Positions 37,207 to 46,973 of a DNA stretch of 64,000 nucleotides are shown here, in pieces. The first letter of the stretch is position 1; every line of letters starts with the position of its first letter. This stretch comes from Escherichia phage PECP20: sequence record OQ873415.1; one strand, 5' to 3'. A program made the translations under genes and the position numbers. The notes under the pieces were generated by a model. The model searched no databases. It saw only the letters and a list, made by a program, of their open reading frames with translations, and was not told the origin of the DNA.

Positions 37207-37528
37207 AATCTTCTATGATATCAGAGTCATATCCTAATGAAATCAAGGACTTTTTAAACTCTGCAATATTCTTTTGTTTCTTATCATTTAAAAATATGAC
37301 AGGATAACGAATATTAAGTGAAGTGAATCCTGCACGTTTAGCAAGAGATACGATTAAAGGACGGTCGTATTCAATCTTACCATTATTAGTGAGGACTTTA
37401 TAAAATGTATAAGGAACATTGAGCTCCTTTAAAAGTTTTGTAACAGTATAACATCCTGGACAACGTCCAACTTCTTCAGGGATGCCATAAATTTCAATCT
37501 TGTTCTTTAAGTTCGAGTTTTGTTCCAC
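37205..37528 (-). CDS. nrdH: glutaredoxin/thioredoxin-fold redoxin (CPGC active site)
   Basis: IYGIPEEVGRCPGC redoxin motif; no in-frame ATG after upstream stop, so start proposed at GTG 37528 with AAGGAA upstream; start uncertain. Confidence 0.55.
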   Translation of the reverse strand: MEQNSNLKNKIEIYGIPEEVGRCPGCYTVTKLLKELNVPYTFYKVLTNNGKIEYDRPLIVSLAKRAGFTSLNIRYPVIFLNDKKQKNIAEFKKSLISLGYDSDIIED

Positions 37529-37811
37529 GAGAAATAATTCCTTGATAAGCCCAATAAGGAGGATTAACAGAATCATCACCAGAGTTTTCTTCAGGAAAAT
37601 AAACCTGGATAACAAATCCAGATGCATCAAATGTAAAATAAACTGTAGGCAGTTCACCTAACAATTCGACACGAGCATTAATTTCTTCGAGATCTCGTTC
37701 GCGTCCAGCCCAAAAACTAGGATTTAGATTACATTCGTAAAAATAATAGTCATTACCGAACATATCAAACCCATTCCAACTCTCTACCACGTACCGCTCA
37801 AAACTAATCAT
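37494..37811 (-). CDS. hypothetical protein (105 aa)
   Basis: ORF with ATG start. Confidence 0.6.
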   Translation of the reverse strand: MISFERYVVESWNGFDMFGNDYYFYECNLNPSFWAGRERDLEEINARVELLGELPTVYFTFDASGFVIQVYFPEENSGDDSVNPPYWAYQGIISRGTKLELKEQD

Positions 37812-37813
37812 AA

Positions 37814-38029
37814 TTAAGCCTTTTTATCAAGAACAGCATTCAGCTTGTTAGTAATTTTATCCAGACGCTCATTGAACTCACTAGAAGATAAGCCCTTTTC
37901 TGGAGAAATTAAACTAATCACGAAAAATACACCAGTAAAAGGAATAAGAAAAATAGCTCCAACTGCCATAAACAAAAAGAACGTTACAGTTGTAAGAAAA
38001 TCAGCTAAACCTTTACGAAATTTATACAT
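37814..38029 (-). CDS. small membrane protein (71 aa)
   Basis: Two hydrophobic helices. Confidence 0.55.
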   Translation of the reverse strand: MYKFRKGLADFLTTVTFFLFMAVGAIFLIPFTGVFFVISLISPEKGLSSSEFNERLDKITNKLNAVLDKKA

Positions 38030-38140
38030 ATTTACCCCTAATTAATTAACCAAGCATTGATAAGCAAACCATATTGCGAATAAAATTCTGGACCAAAATG
38101 AAAAATCATATCATTTATAGTATCCATAATGTAATTCAAT

Positions 38141-38611
38141 TTAATCATGTTTCCACACCCCATCGGTATTTGACCAAAGTCGCTGATTATCTGATCCTCG
38201 CCACAGCTTTTTGGTCGGAAGATTTTTCTCATACTTCCCATCAATAATAACATCAACATATTTAAGCATTTCTAGCTGTTTAATATCTTCAAACTTATAT
38301 CCTGTCCACAACCAAATGCTTTTATTGGGATAAAGATTTTTAATAGTTTGAACTACAGAGTGAATAACATCTCGGTTATCAGGATAGAGAGGGTCTCCTC
38401 CGGTTATAGTCAATCCTTCTATATAATCATTATTCAAACATTCAATTAATTGTTCTAGTGTTTCACCAGTGAATGGAATACCATTTCTAGCATTCCATGT
38501 TGATTTATTATAACACCCTTCGCATTTATGCAAACAACCTGTAACGAAAAGAACGACCCTGCAACCAGGGCCATTAACAAAATCGCAAGGATAAAATCTA
38601 TCATAATTCAT
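38141..38611 (-). CDS. nrdG: anaerobic ribonucleotide reductase activating protein (radical SAM)
   Basis: 156 aa; CLHKCEGC radical SAM motif; directly downstream of nrdD. Confidence 0.9.
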   Translation of the reverse strand: MNYDRFYPCDFVNGPGCRVVLFVTGCLHKCEGCYNKSTWNARNGIPFTGETLEQLIECLNNDYIEGLTITGGDPLYPDNRDVIHSVVQTIKNLYPNKSIWLWTGYKFEDIKQLEMLKYVDVIIDGKYEKNLPTKKLWRGSDNQRLWSNTDGVWKHD

Positions 38612-40425
38612 TGGTGTTTAACCCTATGCATGATTTCTTTATTTTTACCGAGATTAAATCCGCGTTCGTTCGGATTTCCCAAATAACCGCATGTCCTTCT
38701 TATAGTGTTCATCTTTTTAGGATCAGTTTCTCCACAAACTGAACAAACAAATCCGTTTTCAGTAGGAGTCATTTCATGAGTACTTCCACACGTAAAACAT
38801 TTATCTACTGGCATATTAACACCAAAATAATCTAAATGTTGTGCAGCATAATCCCACACGGCCTCAAGACCTTTTAGGTTATTTTTCATATCAGGAAGTT
38901 CAACATAAGAAATGTGACCACCTGTCGCAATGAAATGATATGGCGCTTCACGAGAAATCTTTTCAAACGGAGTAATATTTTCTTCTACTGAAACGTGGAA
39001 ACTATTAGTGTACCAGCCTTTATCGGTAACATCTTTTACGCTTCCATATTTTTCTGTATCAAGTTTACAGAAACGATAACACAAGTTTTCAGCAGGAGTA
39101 GAATATAAACTAAAAGCAAATCCAGTTCTTTCGGTCCACTGTTTAAGATGAGCATTCATTTTAGTTAAAATTTCTTGCCCAATATCACGACCGACAAGAA
39201 TATTCAATTCGTGAATACCAATGTATCCCAAAGACACTGAACTTCTACCGTTTTTAAATAACTCAATTATATCGTCGTCAGGTTTAAGACGAACCCCAAA
39301 TGCACCTTCTTGGTAAAGAATAGGAGCAACAGTCGCTTTAACTCCTTTTAAGGAACTAATTCTACACATCAAGGCTTCAAAGCACAGATCCATTCGTTCA
39401 TTAAATAACTCAACAAATTTCTGTTCATTGAACTGTGTTCCAATATAAGAATCTAACGCGATGCGAGGAAGATTCAGTGTTACAACACCGAGATTATTAC
39501 GTCCATCAAGAATTTCATTACCAGTCGAATCTTTCCATACACTCAAGAAACTACGGCAACCCATTGGAGAAACTGGAACTGAAGAACCAGTAATAGCTTT
39601 ATTATTCTTAACCGAAATAATGTCAGGATACATTCTTTTGCTTGCACATTCTAACGCAAGTTGTTTAATATCATAGTTCGGATCATCTTTATAAAGATTA
39701 ACACCTTCTTCAACAAACATAACAAGTTTAGGAAAAATAGGAGTTATTCCATCACGACCAAGACCTTTAATCCGATTTTTCAGAATTGCTTTCTGAATCA
39801 TTCGTTCGGTCCAATCAGTTCCAGTACCAAATGTAATTGTTACAAAAGGCGTTTGCCCGTTTGAACTAAAAAGAGTATTTACCTCATACTCATAAGCTTG
39901 AAATGCGTCATATACATCTTTTTCTGTTTTAGATTGAGCATAATTCAGAATGTCTGGTATTTGCCATTTTTCTGCATCTTCAACATGTTTAGCGTATGTA
40001 CGTTTAACATAAGGAGAAAGAACTTTATCGACATTCGCAAATGTAGTTCCGCCGTACTGATGTGAAGCAACTTGTGCAGTAATTTGTGCCATAATTGCAG
40101 TAGCAACACCAATCGATTTAGGCGTTTCAATTTGAGCATTGCCCAATTTAAATCCGTTCTCAAGCATCCCCTTTAAATCGACTAAACAGCAATTGGTAAA
40201 CGGAAGAGCAGGAGAATAATCAATATCATGCATGTGGATAATTCCACTTTCATGCGCATTCATAATAAAAGACGGGACCATATTTTTGGCAATGTGCTTA
40301 GACACAATACCAGCCATAAGGTCCCGTTGAGTTGGAAAAACACGAGAATCTTTATTAGCATTCTCGTTCAAAAGATCTTTATTAGTTTTATAAATTAATC
40401 CTTCAATTTCTTTTTCAATTTTCAT
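38608..40425 (-). CDS. nrdD: anaerobic ribonucleoside-triphosphate reductase (glycyl radical enzyme)
   Basis: 605 aa; C-terminal glycyl radical motif RRTCGYLG and Zn-ribbon cysteines. Confidence 0.95.
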   Translation of the reverse strand: MKIEKEIEGLIYKTNKDLLNENANKDSRVFPTQRDLMAGIVSKHIAKNMVPSFIMNAHESGIIHMHDIDYSPALPFTNCCLVDLKGMLENGFKLGNAQIETPKSIGVATAIMAQITAQVASHQYGGTTFANVDKVLSPYVKRTYAKHVEDAEKWQIPDILNYAQSKTEKDVYDAFQAYEYEVNTLFSSNGQTPFVTITFGTGTDWTERMIQKAILKNRIKGLGRDGITPIFPKLVMFVEEGVNLYKDDPNYDIKQLALECASKRMYPDIISVKNNKAITGSSVPVSPMGCRSFLSVWKDSTGNEILDGRNNLGVVTLNLPRIALDSYIGTQFNEQKFVELFNERMDLCFEALMCRISSLKGVKATVAPILYQEGAFGVRLKPDDDIIELFKNGRSSVSLGYIGIHELNILVGRDIGQEILTKMNAHLKQWTERTGFAFSLYSTPAENLCYRFCKLDTEKYGSVKDVTDKGWYTNSFHVSVEENITPFEKISREAPYHFIATGGHISYVELPDMKNNLKGLEAVWDYAAQHLDYFGVNMPVDKCFTCGSTHEMTPTENGFVCSVCGETDPKKMNTIRRTCGYLGNPNERGFNLGKNKEIMHRVKHQ

Positions 40426-40895
40426 TTTAAACTCTTTCTAAGCTGCTTTTTGAATGAAGCTATTAATTGTGTTTTAGTATCAGATTCATTATATTCAAAT
40501 CCTCTTTGAAGCATCTCAGTCATCATTTCCTCTTTACCTAGTCTTGAGAACTCTTTAGTTTTGTCTGGAACAAAATTAGGATGGATATTATTATCAGAAT
40601 AATCTTGTTTCAAATAAGCAAGAAGAGCTTCAAGCCATTCGAGGTAGTCGACATCACGACCTTTAAGACCAGAACGGTTGAACTTATGCTTCATTTGGCC
40701 TTCTGCTGCGTTGCACAGATTACAGAGTAATCCACGAACTCTACCGGCTTTTGGCCCGTTTAACTCGTGGTCGTGGTCAAGATGGTTACCTTGAACATCA
40801 GGGTCTAATTCACGGTGGCAAATAGGACACTTACCGTTCTGTGCATCATAAAATTTTTGTTTTTCTTCTTTATATTTTGCGCCTGATAATAACAT
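40422..40895 (-). CDS. 49: endonuclease VII (Holliday junction resolvase, gp49)
   Basis: 157 aa; near-identical to T4 gp49 as recalled (GKCPICHREL...HELNGPKAG). Confidence 0.95.
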   Translation of the reverse strand: MLLSGAKYKEEKQKFYDAQNGKCPICHRELDPDVQGNHLDHDHELNGPKAGRVRGLLCNLCNAAEGQMKHKFNRSGLKGRDVDYLEWLEALLAYLKQDYSDNNIHPNFVPDKTKEFSRLGKEEMMTEMLQRGFEYNESDTKTQLIASFKKQLRKSLK

Positions 40896-40934
40896 GATAA
40901 ACCCTTACCTTAAATAGATAAGGGTATTTATAAT

Positions 40935-41105
40935 TTAGTAAATGTTATAAAAGTTACGATGAGAACGTTTAGCTTTGCGAAGCTGACGTTTAGTAGGACG
41001 AACTGTAAATGGTTGTCCAGAGAAAAAATTCGGATCGGTTTTAATAAGCAAATACCAATCACGCTTGCCATTTTTTAATAAACGGTACAATAATTTAACT
41101 TGCAT
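40935..41105 (-). CDS. small basic protein with C-terminal VRPTKRQ motif (56 aa)
   Basis: Hand-translated ORF MQVKLLYRLLKNGKRDWY...FTVRPTKRQLRKAKR; paralogous C-terminus to 12924..13175. Confidence 0.35.
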   Translation of the reverse strand: MQVKLLYRLLKNGKRDWYLLIKTDPNFFSGQPFTVRPTKRQLRKAKRSHRNFYNIY

Positions 41106-41233
41106 AATAATCTCTTCCCATTTCCATATCGATTAATTCATTTATTGAAGGTTCATCATAACATGGTTCTTCGTCGTTGTAAACTGTTTCGACGTCTGGC
41201 TCGACAGTCTCCCATCGAGCAGAATACCACGGT

Positions 41234-41590
41234 TTAACCCCGGAGTTTATTGAGCTCTTCATAATCAATCCAGGATTCTAGCCCTGACGGCAGGTCACAT
41301 TCAATGTTCCACAGAAGCTCTTCAATGGCTTGCAGGCGATTATATTCTTCAACGGTAATGGTAACCATTGGTGCAACCGGTTCTGCCTTTTTAACCATCA
41401 TGTCATTCATCAGGACATACAAGTCATCACGAACGACGGTGTCGTTCCAACCCCATGATTTGGCTTCATACGCTAATGATGAAGGGAGCACATTTAAAAC
41501 TTCAATAATAGATGGAGATTCAGGACCAAGCTCTGATACACAAACTTCGTATGCATCTTGGAAATCTTTAAGATTTAATGAATATGTCAT
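41234..41590 (-). CDS. hypothetical protein (118 aa)
   Basis: ORF. Confidence 0.6.
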   Translation of the reverse strand: MTYSLNLKDFQDAYEVCVSELGPESPSIIEVLNVLPSSLAYEAKSWGWNDTVVRDDLYVLMNDMMVKKAEPVAPMVTITVEEYNRLQAIEELLWNIECDLPSGLESWIDYEELNKLRG

Positions 41591-41608
41591 TTAAAATATT
41601 CTCGCAGT

Positions 41609-41905
41609 TTATTGTTCTACCCAGGCATAGGAAACTTCGAAATCAGGACCACCGTATTCCCAGTGATATTCACCAACAGGAATCCAGTCACCGTGCTCGT
41701 TTTCTTCATAGTCCTCAGCCTCAAGGCCAACGAATCGCCATTGGACACCGATGATTCGATTACCCATCATTACTCTAAATTCACCCCATGGATTATCGAT
41801 AGCATATTGGATATCGTTCTTAGCACGAGAACACATTTCTTGATATAACAAAGCTTCTAATTTACCCTGGTCATAAGAGCCCGGGAAAGTTAAATCAATA
41901 CTCAT
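41609..41905 (-). CDS. hypothetical protein (98 aa)
   Basis: ORF; Trp/Tyr-rich. Confidence 0.6.
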   Translation of the reverse strand: MSIDLTFPGSYDQGKLEALLYQEMCSRAKNDIQYAIDNPWGEFRVMMGNRIIGVQWRFVGLEAEDYEENEHGDWIPVGEYHWEYGGPDFEVSYAWVEQ

Positions 41906-42165
41906 TTAAAATATTCTCGCAGTTGGTCAAATCCACCAATATGACTTCCATCAGGAGCAAACACTTGAGGCATAGTCAATCCGACTTGTGATTCACGTCC
42001 AAGCTTAACCAGAAGCTCAGCAATTTTCTCATCATCAAAAACACCTTTTTCTGGCATAACATTAATGAATTCGAATGGCTGTTTCTTAACAGTCAGCAAT
42101 CGTTTCGCATTATCACAATAAATGCATTTATGAATAGTAGAGTCATACCCGTACACTTTAAACAT
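41902..42165 (-). CDS. nrdC: thioredoxin/glutaredoxin NrdC
   Basis: MFKVYGYDS...HKCIYCDNAK near-identical to T4 NrdC as recalled; start at ATG 42165. Confidence 0.9.
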   Translation of the reverse strand: MFKVYGYDSTIHKCIYCDNAKRLLTVKKQPFEFINVMPEKGVFDDEKIAELLVKLGRESQVGLTMPQVFAPDGSHIGGFDQLREYFK

Positions 42166-42571
42166 TATTTTTCCTTTCATCGATTAAATATGCAATGCCA
42201 AATACAATACATGTAATAAAACCTGTGATACAGATAGAAACCAACAACACTGTACCAAAGAACCAAATCAAGTTATCTTTAGTAGTTTGTTTGATATCCA
42301 TCTCACGAATTTCTATAGCTATCGTATCACCTTTATTCAGAAGCGTATAAAACGACGGTGATACACGCCTGTCAAAAACTCGTCCTTGCTCATCTTTATA
42401 GACTGCAATAAATTCTAATTTAGAATATTTTCCTGTAGATTGGCCTGAGATTAATTCCACTACCTCCACAGGAATTACTTTAGTTTCCATGTAAGTATTC
42501 TGGCTGTTCCAAATGAATGGAATAATGGCAAAAACTAAAGCTGCGATAAAACAACGAAGGCTATATCTCAT
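42158..42571 (-). CDS. membrane protein (137 aa)
   Basis: N- and C-terminal hydrophobic helices. Confidence 0.6.
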   Translation of the reverse strand: MRYSLRCFIAALVFAIIPFIWNSQNTYMETKVIPVEVVELISGQSTGKYSKLEFIAVYKDEQGRVFDRRVSPSFYTLLNKGDTIAIEIREMDIKQTTKDNLIWFFGTVLLVSICITGFITCIVFGIAYLIDERKNNV

Positions 42572-42876
42572 TATAATGTTCTCTCAAATTTGTGGAAGCA
42601 TTTACGGCATTTCAATTTCAAGTTATCAGTGGTCCAGTTAACCAGTTGGACTTGGATAGTTCCACATTCCGGGCATGGATGTTTTGCTGCTGATTTGGCA
42701 GCATTTTCACGTCGTTCAACCATTTTCATTATTTCGTTCCATGCTGGAGGAACGAACTCTTCTTCACCGTGGATTTTATCTCGCTGAACAAATTCAATCT
42801 TTGAACTATCGTCAATAAACTTAACCAAGCCATGATTAGTGCTCATATCAATATCCTCTAAAAGACGTAGTTTCAT
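42571..42876 (-). CDS. zinc-ribbon protein (101 aa)
   Basis: CPECG...CRKC pair. Confidence 0.6.
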   Translation of the reverse strand: MKLRLLEDIDMSTNHGLVKFIDDSSKIEFVQRDKIHGEEEFVPPAWNEIMKMVERRENAAKSAAKHPCPECGTIQVQLVNWTTDNLKLKCRKCFHKFERTL

Positions 42877-43826
42877 TATAACACCTCAATGGCATTTCGT
42901 AAACCGTCCGCTTTCGCATTCAGAGTTTTTAACGATTTAGTCTGTTCTTTAATCTGGGCTTCGACTTCTTTCAGACGAGATTTGAGATATTCACGTTCTT
43001 CGCTCAAGTTGTCAACTTTTTCTACTTTAGGTTCTTTAATAGTCTTAAGTTTATACTCGTTAGGGTTCTTCAGCTTAATTCGGGTGCGAGAACTGTATAA
43101 CATTGAACCGTTATCTTCGGATTCGTCGAACGTTTCAACAACATCCATAGTCTCTAACAATGTAATAAGTTTATAAGACAATGAACGAACGGTTTTATTA
43201 TGCTTATTAATTTCTTCAGCTTTCATGGTACCGAGATTACGTGAGTAGTAATAAGGAACCTGGATATCAATTGATAATGATGCGTTACCATTACCGGTCG
43301 GTTTGAATACTGCAGTAACCCAATCTTTAACATGAACTTTATTTGTACGACAATCACCGCCCGTGAATAATTTACGAGAATGTTTAAAAAGCATATTCAC
43401 TTGGTTATTGAATTCACAAGCAAATTTATCAGCGAATTTAGTTTCAGGAATGGTAGATAACCAATCAGCCAAATGAGTCTTTTTAACATCATTAACAATA
43501 GTGAATTCAACCAAATCAGTTTTAGATGTCACAGATTTAATAAAGCTCGGTTTCATAAAGTTTTTAATGTTATCGCGAGCTACAGTAGAAGATAATAAAC
43601 GAGAACGTTTGAACCATTGAAGCAGTGTCCCTAATGAATGAGAATACGCATTCTGAGTATCTTTACAGATATGATTTTCTTGACCTGTGTATGTACCAAA
43701 ATCGCGAAGAATACCACTTACTACATCTCGGTGTGGAACATCAAATCCTAGTGCACCAACAGCGCGCTGGGCACGAACGTTAGCGATAAGACCGGCAAAG
43801 TATTCAATGTAATGTGAACGTGTCAT
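42876..43826 (-). CDS. hypothetical protein with C-terminal coiled coil (316 aa)
   Basis: ORF with own promoter cassette; C-terminal heptad-like region. Confidence 0.7.
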   Translation of the reverse strand: MTRSHYIEYFAGLIANVRAQRAVGALGFDVPHRDVVSGILRDFGTYTGQENHICKDTQNAYSHSLGTLLQWFKRSRLLSSTVARDNIKNFMKPSFIKSVTSKTDLVEFTIVNDVKKTHLADWLSTIPETKFADKFACEFNNQVNMLFKHSRKLFTGGDCRTNKVHVKDWVTAVFKPTGNGNASLSIDIQVPYYYSRNLGTMKAEEINKHNKTVRSLSYKLITLLETMDVVETFDESEDNGSMLYSSRTRIKLKNPNEYKLKTIKEPKVEKVDNLSEEREYLKSRLKEVEAQIKEQTKSLKTLNAKADGLRNAIEVL

Positions 43827-43854
43827 AATATTTTCCTCTCGTTAAGATAGATTT

Positions 43855-43884
43855 ATTATACTCCAACCATCCTTGGTTGTAAAC
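43855..43884 (-). promoter_or_regulatory. T4-type early promoter (GTTTAC-N18-TATAAT)
   Basis: Plus-strand attatactccaaccatccttggttgtaaac, identical to the cassette at 2277..2306. Confidence 0.45.
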
Positions 43885-43888
43885 CGTT

Positions 43889-44848
43889 TTATGATTTTAA
43901 TGCATTCATTGCATTAAAAAGTTTAGAGTACTGCAACTGGAGATTCGTTACAACACTTTGAGCATCACGAAGCTTAGCTTGTGCTTTGTCAAGTTCAACG
44001 GACAGTTGGTCTGCAGTAGCCTTGATTTGGTTGTAATGATAATCTTCGGCCGGAAGAAGGTCATTAGAAACATTTAGTTTTACTGCCGACAGTTTGCACA
44101 CATTTGGCAAACCTTTAAACATACCGGGTTGTGTCGGAGAATATGCGCTTAGAACCTCTGCATTACCGACTGGTGTTGCTGTGATATTGCCTTCGAACGT
44201 TGCATTTTCCTTTTTAAGATTTTGATAGTATTCAGAGTCTTTGTGCCACCATGGCGCAGGAACCTTTTTACCAATAGATACACGAGCCTGGATAGCGATA
44301 TGGCCCTTATTCTTGATAGGGTCGATAATATTAAGCTCACGAGAATAAATTGCTTTAATCTGGTGGATATTATCACCTAAAACTTCTAACGCTTGGTGGA
44401 ATACACGAGCAACGTTATCGTTCTTAGGTTTATACGTGAGAGTGAACTCGTTCTCGCTGATAACCATGATTTCCAACTTATCGTAAGTATATTTCAAATG
44501 TTTCATGTTAATTGCTTGAGGACGAATACGAGAAGCAATGGCCATCAGATTGTTAAGGTTATTCCGGAACTGCTTAGCGAAATATTGTCCTTCACCGCCA
44601 ATACAAAAATTACGAAGTTTCTGTTTGGCTAATAAACGGCTGAACTCACCATTTTTAATGAACTCTTTAACGGGCGTGTTAGTAACACATTCAAATTGAG
44701 TAAACATACGAGAAGTAATCCCATAATACGAACAGACTTCCTCAATCTCTTCAGGAGTTTTTACAGGCATACGGATAGGATTAGGTCCTGGAGTATATGC
44801 GTTCGAGGTAAATTCTTTGATAAGTTCTCTACGTGTAATAAAAGCCAT
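43889..44848 (-). CDS. hypothetical protein with C-terminal coiled coil (319 aa)
   Basis: ORF with own promoter cassette. Confidence 0.7.
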   Translation of the reverse strand: MAFITRRELIKEFTSNAYTPGPNPIRMPVKTPEEIEEVCSYYGITSRMFTQFECVTNTPVKEFIKNGEFSRLLAKQKLRNFCIGGEGQYFAKQFRNNLNNLMAIASRIRPQAINMKHLKYTYDKLEIMVISENEFTLTYKPKNDNVARVFHQALEVLGDNIHQIKAIYSRELNIIDPIKNKGHIAIQARVSIGKKVPAPWWHKDSEYYQNLKKENATFEGNITATPVGNAEVLSAYSPTQPGMFKGLPNVCKLSAVKLNVSNDLLPAEDYHYNQIKATADQLSVELDKAQAKLRDAQSVVTNLQLQYSKLFNAMNALKS

Positions 44849-44874
44849 TTTATATTCCTCATGTTGAAAAATTT

Positions 44875-44904
44875 ATTATACTCCAACCATCCTTGGTTGT
44901 ACAT
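44875..44904 (-). promoter_or_regulatory. early-type promoter (GTACAA variant of the same cassette)
   Basis: Plus-strand attatactccaaccatccttggttgtacat. Confidence 0.4.
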
Positions 44905-45899
44905 CATTCCTTAAGAAGTTTTACTACTTGAATAAGATTAGCTCGTTCTGTTTTATTTTTACCATTTAAGCCTGCTAATCGTGAGATTTCATCGTCAGTC
45001 TGTTGAATAGTTACATTAAGTTCGTTAATCAAAGCTTCAAAGTATTTGATTTGCTCAGCATGTTTTGATTCAAATTTCTGAACCGGAATAACGTCTTGGT
45101 TCAGTTCATCAATAAGGTCTTTAAGAGCATCTTCTTGGTTGATATCGTATTCAACTTCTTTTATTTCTTCAACGAACTCGTTTTTATATCTAACATCTTT
45201 TAGTCCTGGTGCCGGTCCTGAAATCTCTTCTTTAAGAGTACAAACATACCCAATACGGTATTGGATACCGTCTCGCTTGATATCAACTTCGTCGATAAAT
45301 CCGCAATGTTTAAGACCAGAGCCGATTAGGTCAAAATATCCTTGACGTCGTCCTTCAAACGTTACACGAACTACTAAGACAGTTTTGCCAGCGACCTTTT
45401 GAAGCTCACATTTATAAAAGTTCGTTGAACCTGAATAACGTGGATGAGTTTTAAAGTTCATCTGACGATCTAGGCCCATTTGTAAACGTGCTGTTACGGC
45501 CATAAAACGTGTTTGGTTCTCGTTAAGATGAGCAACAATCCATTTCAAAGGCATTTTACCCTGTTCACGACCGAACAAATCAGTACATCCTAGATTACGC
45601 AGGATGTTGTTAGAGTTAATCATCGACAGAACGTTAAGTTTATTCAGCGCGCTGAAGATTCCATCAGCCATTGATTTTCCATAACCTTTACACGCTTTAA
45701 TAAGTGCTCGCGGCAGATTAGTATAGATTTCAGACGGCATATGAAAATCAAATTTACTAGTCAGTAATTGATGAACTTGGATAGCAATTTGCTCGTAATT
45801 AAGTGCTCTGCGATCATTATGGTCTTTAAACCACACTTTAATCTGTGAAGCACATAAACCGTTAATTTCATGTTTTACCGCATCAGATGTAATGCTCAT
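44904..45899 (-). CDS. hypothetical protein with C-terminal coiled coil (331 aa)
   Basis: ORF. Confidence 0.7.
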   Translation of the reverse strand: MSITSDAVKHEINGLCASQIKVWFKDHNDRRALNYEQIAIQVHQLLTSKFDFHMPSEIYTNLPRALIKACKGYGKSMADGIFSALNKLNVLSMINSNNILRNLGCTDLFGREQGKMPLKWIVAHLNENQTRFMAVTARLQMGLDRQMNFKTHPRYSGSTNFYKCELQKVAGKTVLVVRVTFEGRRQGYFDLIGSGLKHCGFIDEVDIKRDGIQYRIGYVCTLKEEISGPAPGLKDVRYKNEFVEEIKEVEYDINQEDALKDLIDELNQDVIPVQKFESKHAEQIKYFEALINELNVTIQQTDDEISRLAGLNGKNKTERANLIQVVKLLKE

Positions 45900-45961
45900 A
45901 ACTATTTCCTCAGATTGAATTGGAACTCAAAACCATTATAACCCGTCCTTGGGTAAAGCGT

Positions 45962-46489
45962 TTATGCGTGAACCGTCTTTAAACGTTCTTCAAATTTCCG
46001 AAGAGTACTAATACGTTCTGCTTTCTGTTTTGTATAGTTTGCAATACGTTCTGAAGTGAGAGCGTATCGTTCGTTTACTGTTTCTTTCATGAAGTCAGGG
46101 ATTTCACGAGAAGCTTTAATTTCATCAAACTTGTCGAGTACTGCCTGGTCTTCAGCGATTAAATTTTCATACATCTCGATATCTTTCTTGATAAACTCGA
46201 TATCTTCCTGGGTTACTTTGGATAAACGAGACGCTTTATCCTTTTTGTACTGCTCGTTAGTTTCACGAGACCAGAATAATGTACGTTTTTTGTTAGTGTT
46301 TTTGTAGACTTCCACAATTCCAACTGAATCGATGATAACAATCCAATTCCAGCGAGATTTGAAAATCTGACCTCCGTCCACGGTAATCTCGTTATCATAA
46401 GCAACGTCATTAAAGAACTTGCTTTGTGCTTCAGATTTAAATTTACCGTCGTTATAATTTACCAGGTTGAAAATATCTTTAGCGTTCAT
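45962..46489 (-). CDS. hypothetical protein (175 aa)
   Basis: ORF preceded by promoter cassette. Confidence 0.65.
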   Translation of the reverse strand: MNAKDIFNLVNYNDGKFKSEAQSKFFNDVAYDNEITVDGGQIFKSRWNWIVIIDSVGIVEVYKNTNKKRTLFWSRETNEQYKKDKASRLSKVTQEDIEFIKKDIEMYENLIAEDQAVLDKFDEIKASREIPDFMKETVNERYALTSERIANYTKQKAERISTLRKFEERLKTVHA

Positions 46490-46516
46490 GTTTTACCTCC
46501 AGTAGTTGATAGGTCT

Positions 46517-46545
46517 ATAATAACATAACCATAGACCTTGTAAAC
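46517..46545 (-). promoter_or_regulatory. T4-type early promoter (GTTTAC-N17-TATTAT)
   Basis: Plus-strand ataata (46517-46522) and gtaaac (46540-46545); followed by GGAGG. Confidence 0.45.
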
Positions 46546-46547
46546 AA

Positions 46548-46835
46548 CTAAAAGAAACTTTTTTCAGTATTTTTTCCACTGAACCAAACAGACTTCGGGA
46601 TTTTTTGTAATTTTTCAGACTTAAGTTTCTCTTCCTGTTCTTTCTTATATACTCCCTTGTCGTACTGGAGCATCTCTAGGGCATTCTTTTGCAAACGATC
46701 TAAGGTAATTAAGGCTTTAGTTTTTCCTTTCAAGGAAGAGTCCTGGCGAACTTCCTCGCTATATTGCATCGTAGAACTAACCATACGATGTGCATACAGT
46801 TCGACTGCGGCTTTGATTTTTTGCATAAAATCCAT
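46548..46835 (-). CDS. hypothetical protein (95 aa)
   Basis: ORF. Confidence 0.55.
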   Translation of the reverse strand: MDFMQKIKAAVELYAHRMVSSTMQYSEEVRQDSSLKGKTKALITLDRLQKNALEMLQYDKGVYKKEQEEKLKSEKLQKIPKSVWFSGKNTEKSFF

Positions 46836-46973
46836 AACATATCCTCTTTGATTTGTACATCATTATTTTTAAATATTTCTATGCCCTCAGTAGGTTCCTG
46901 GTGTCCTTCTTTGAGGTAAGCCATATGGTTATTAATCTTTGTGGCTTTTGTTACCTCAGGACTTCCTGTAAGC

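Noticed and set aside
37205-37657. Full-length track ORF for the glutaredoxin-like gene (start 37657)
   Set aside because: The track start is a GTG deep inside the upstream gene (164-nt overlap) and adds a hydrophobic extension; the redoxin domain begins near 37528, so a shorter gene was annotated.
38038-38259. ORF 38038..38259 overlapping the 3' end of nrdG
   Set aside because: The long form overlaps nrdG by about 120 nt; only a 30-37 aa internal-start version would fit, which is too short to support from sequence alone.
46730-46924. ORF 46730..46924 (64 aa) overlapping the start of 46548..46835
   Set aside because: Overlaps the downstream gene by about 100 nt in another frame; no clear SD; could be a short upstream ORF but evidence is insufficient.
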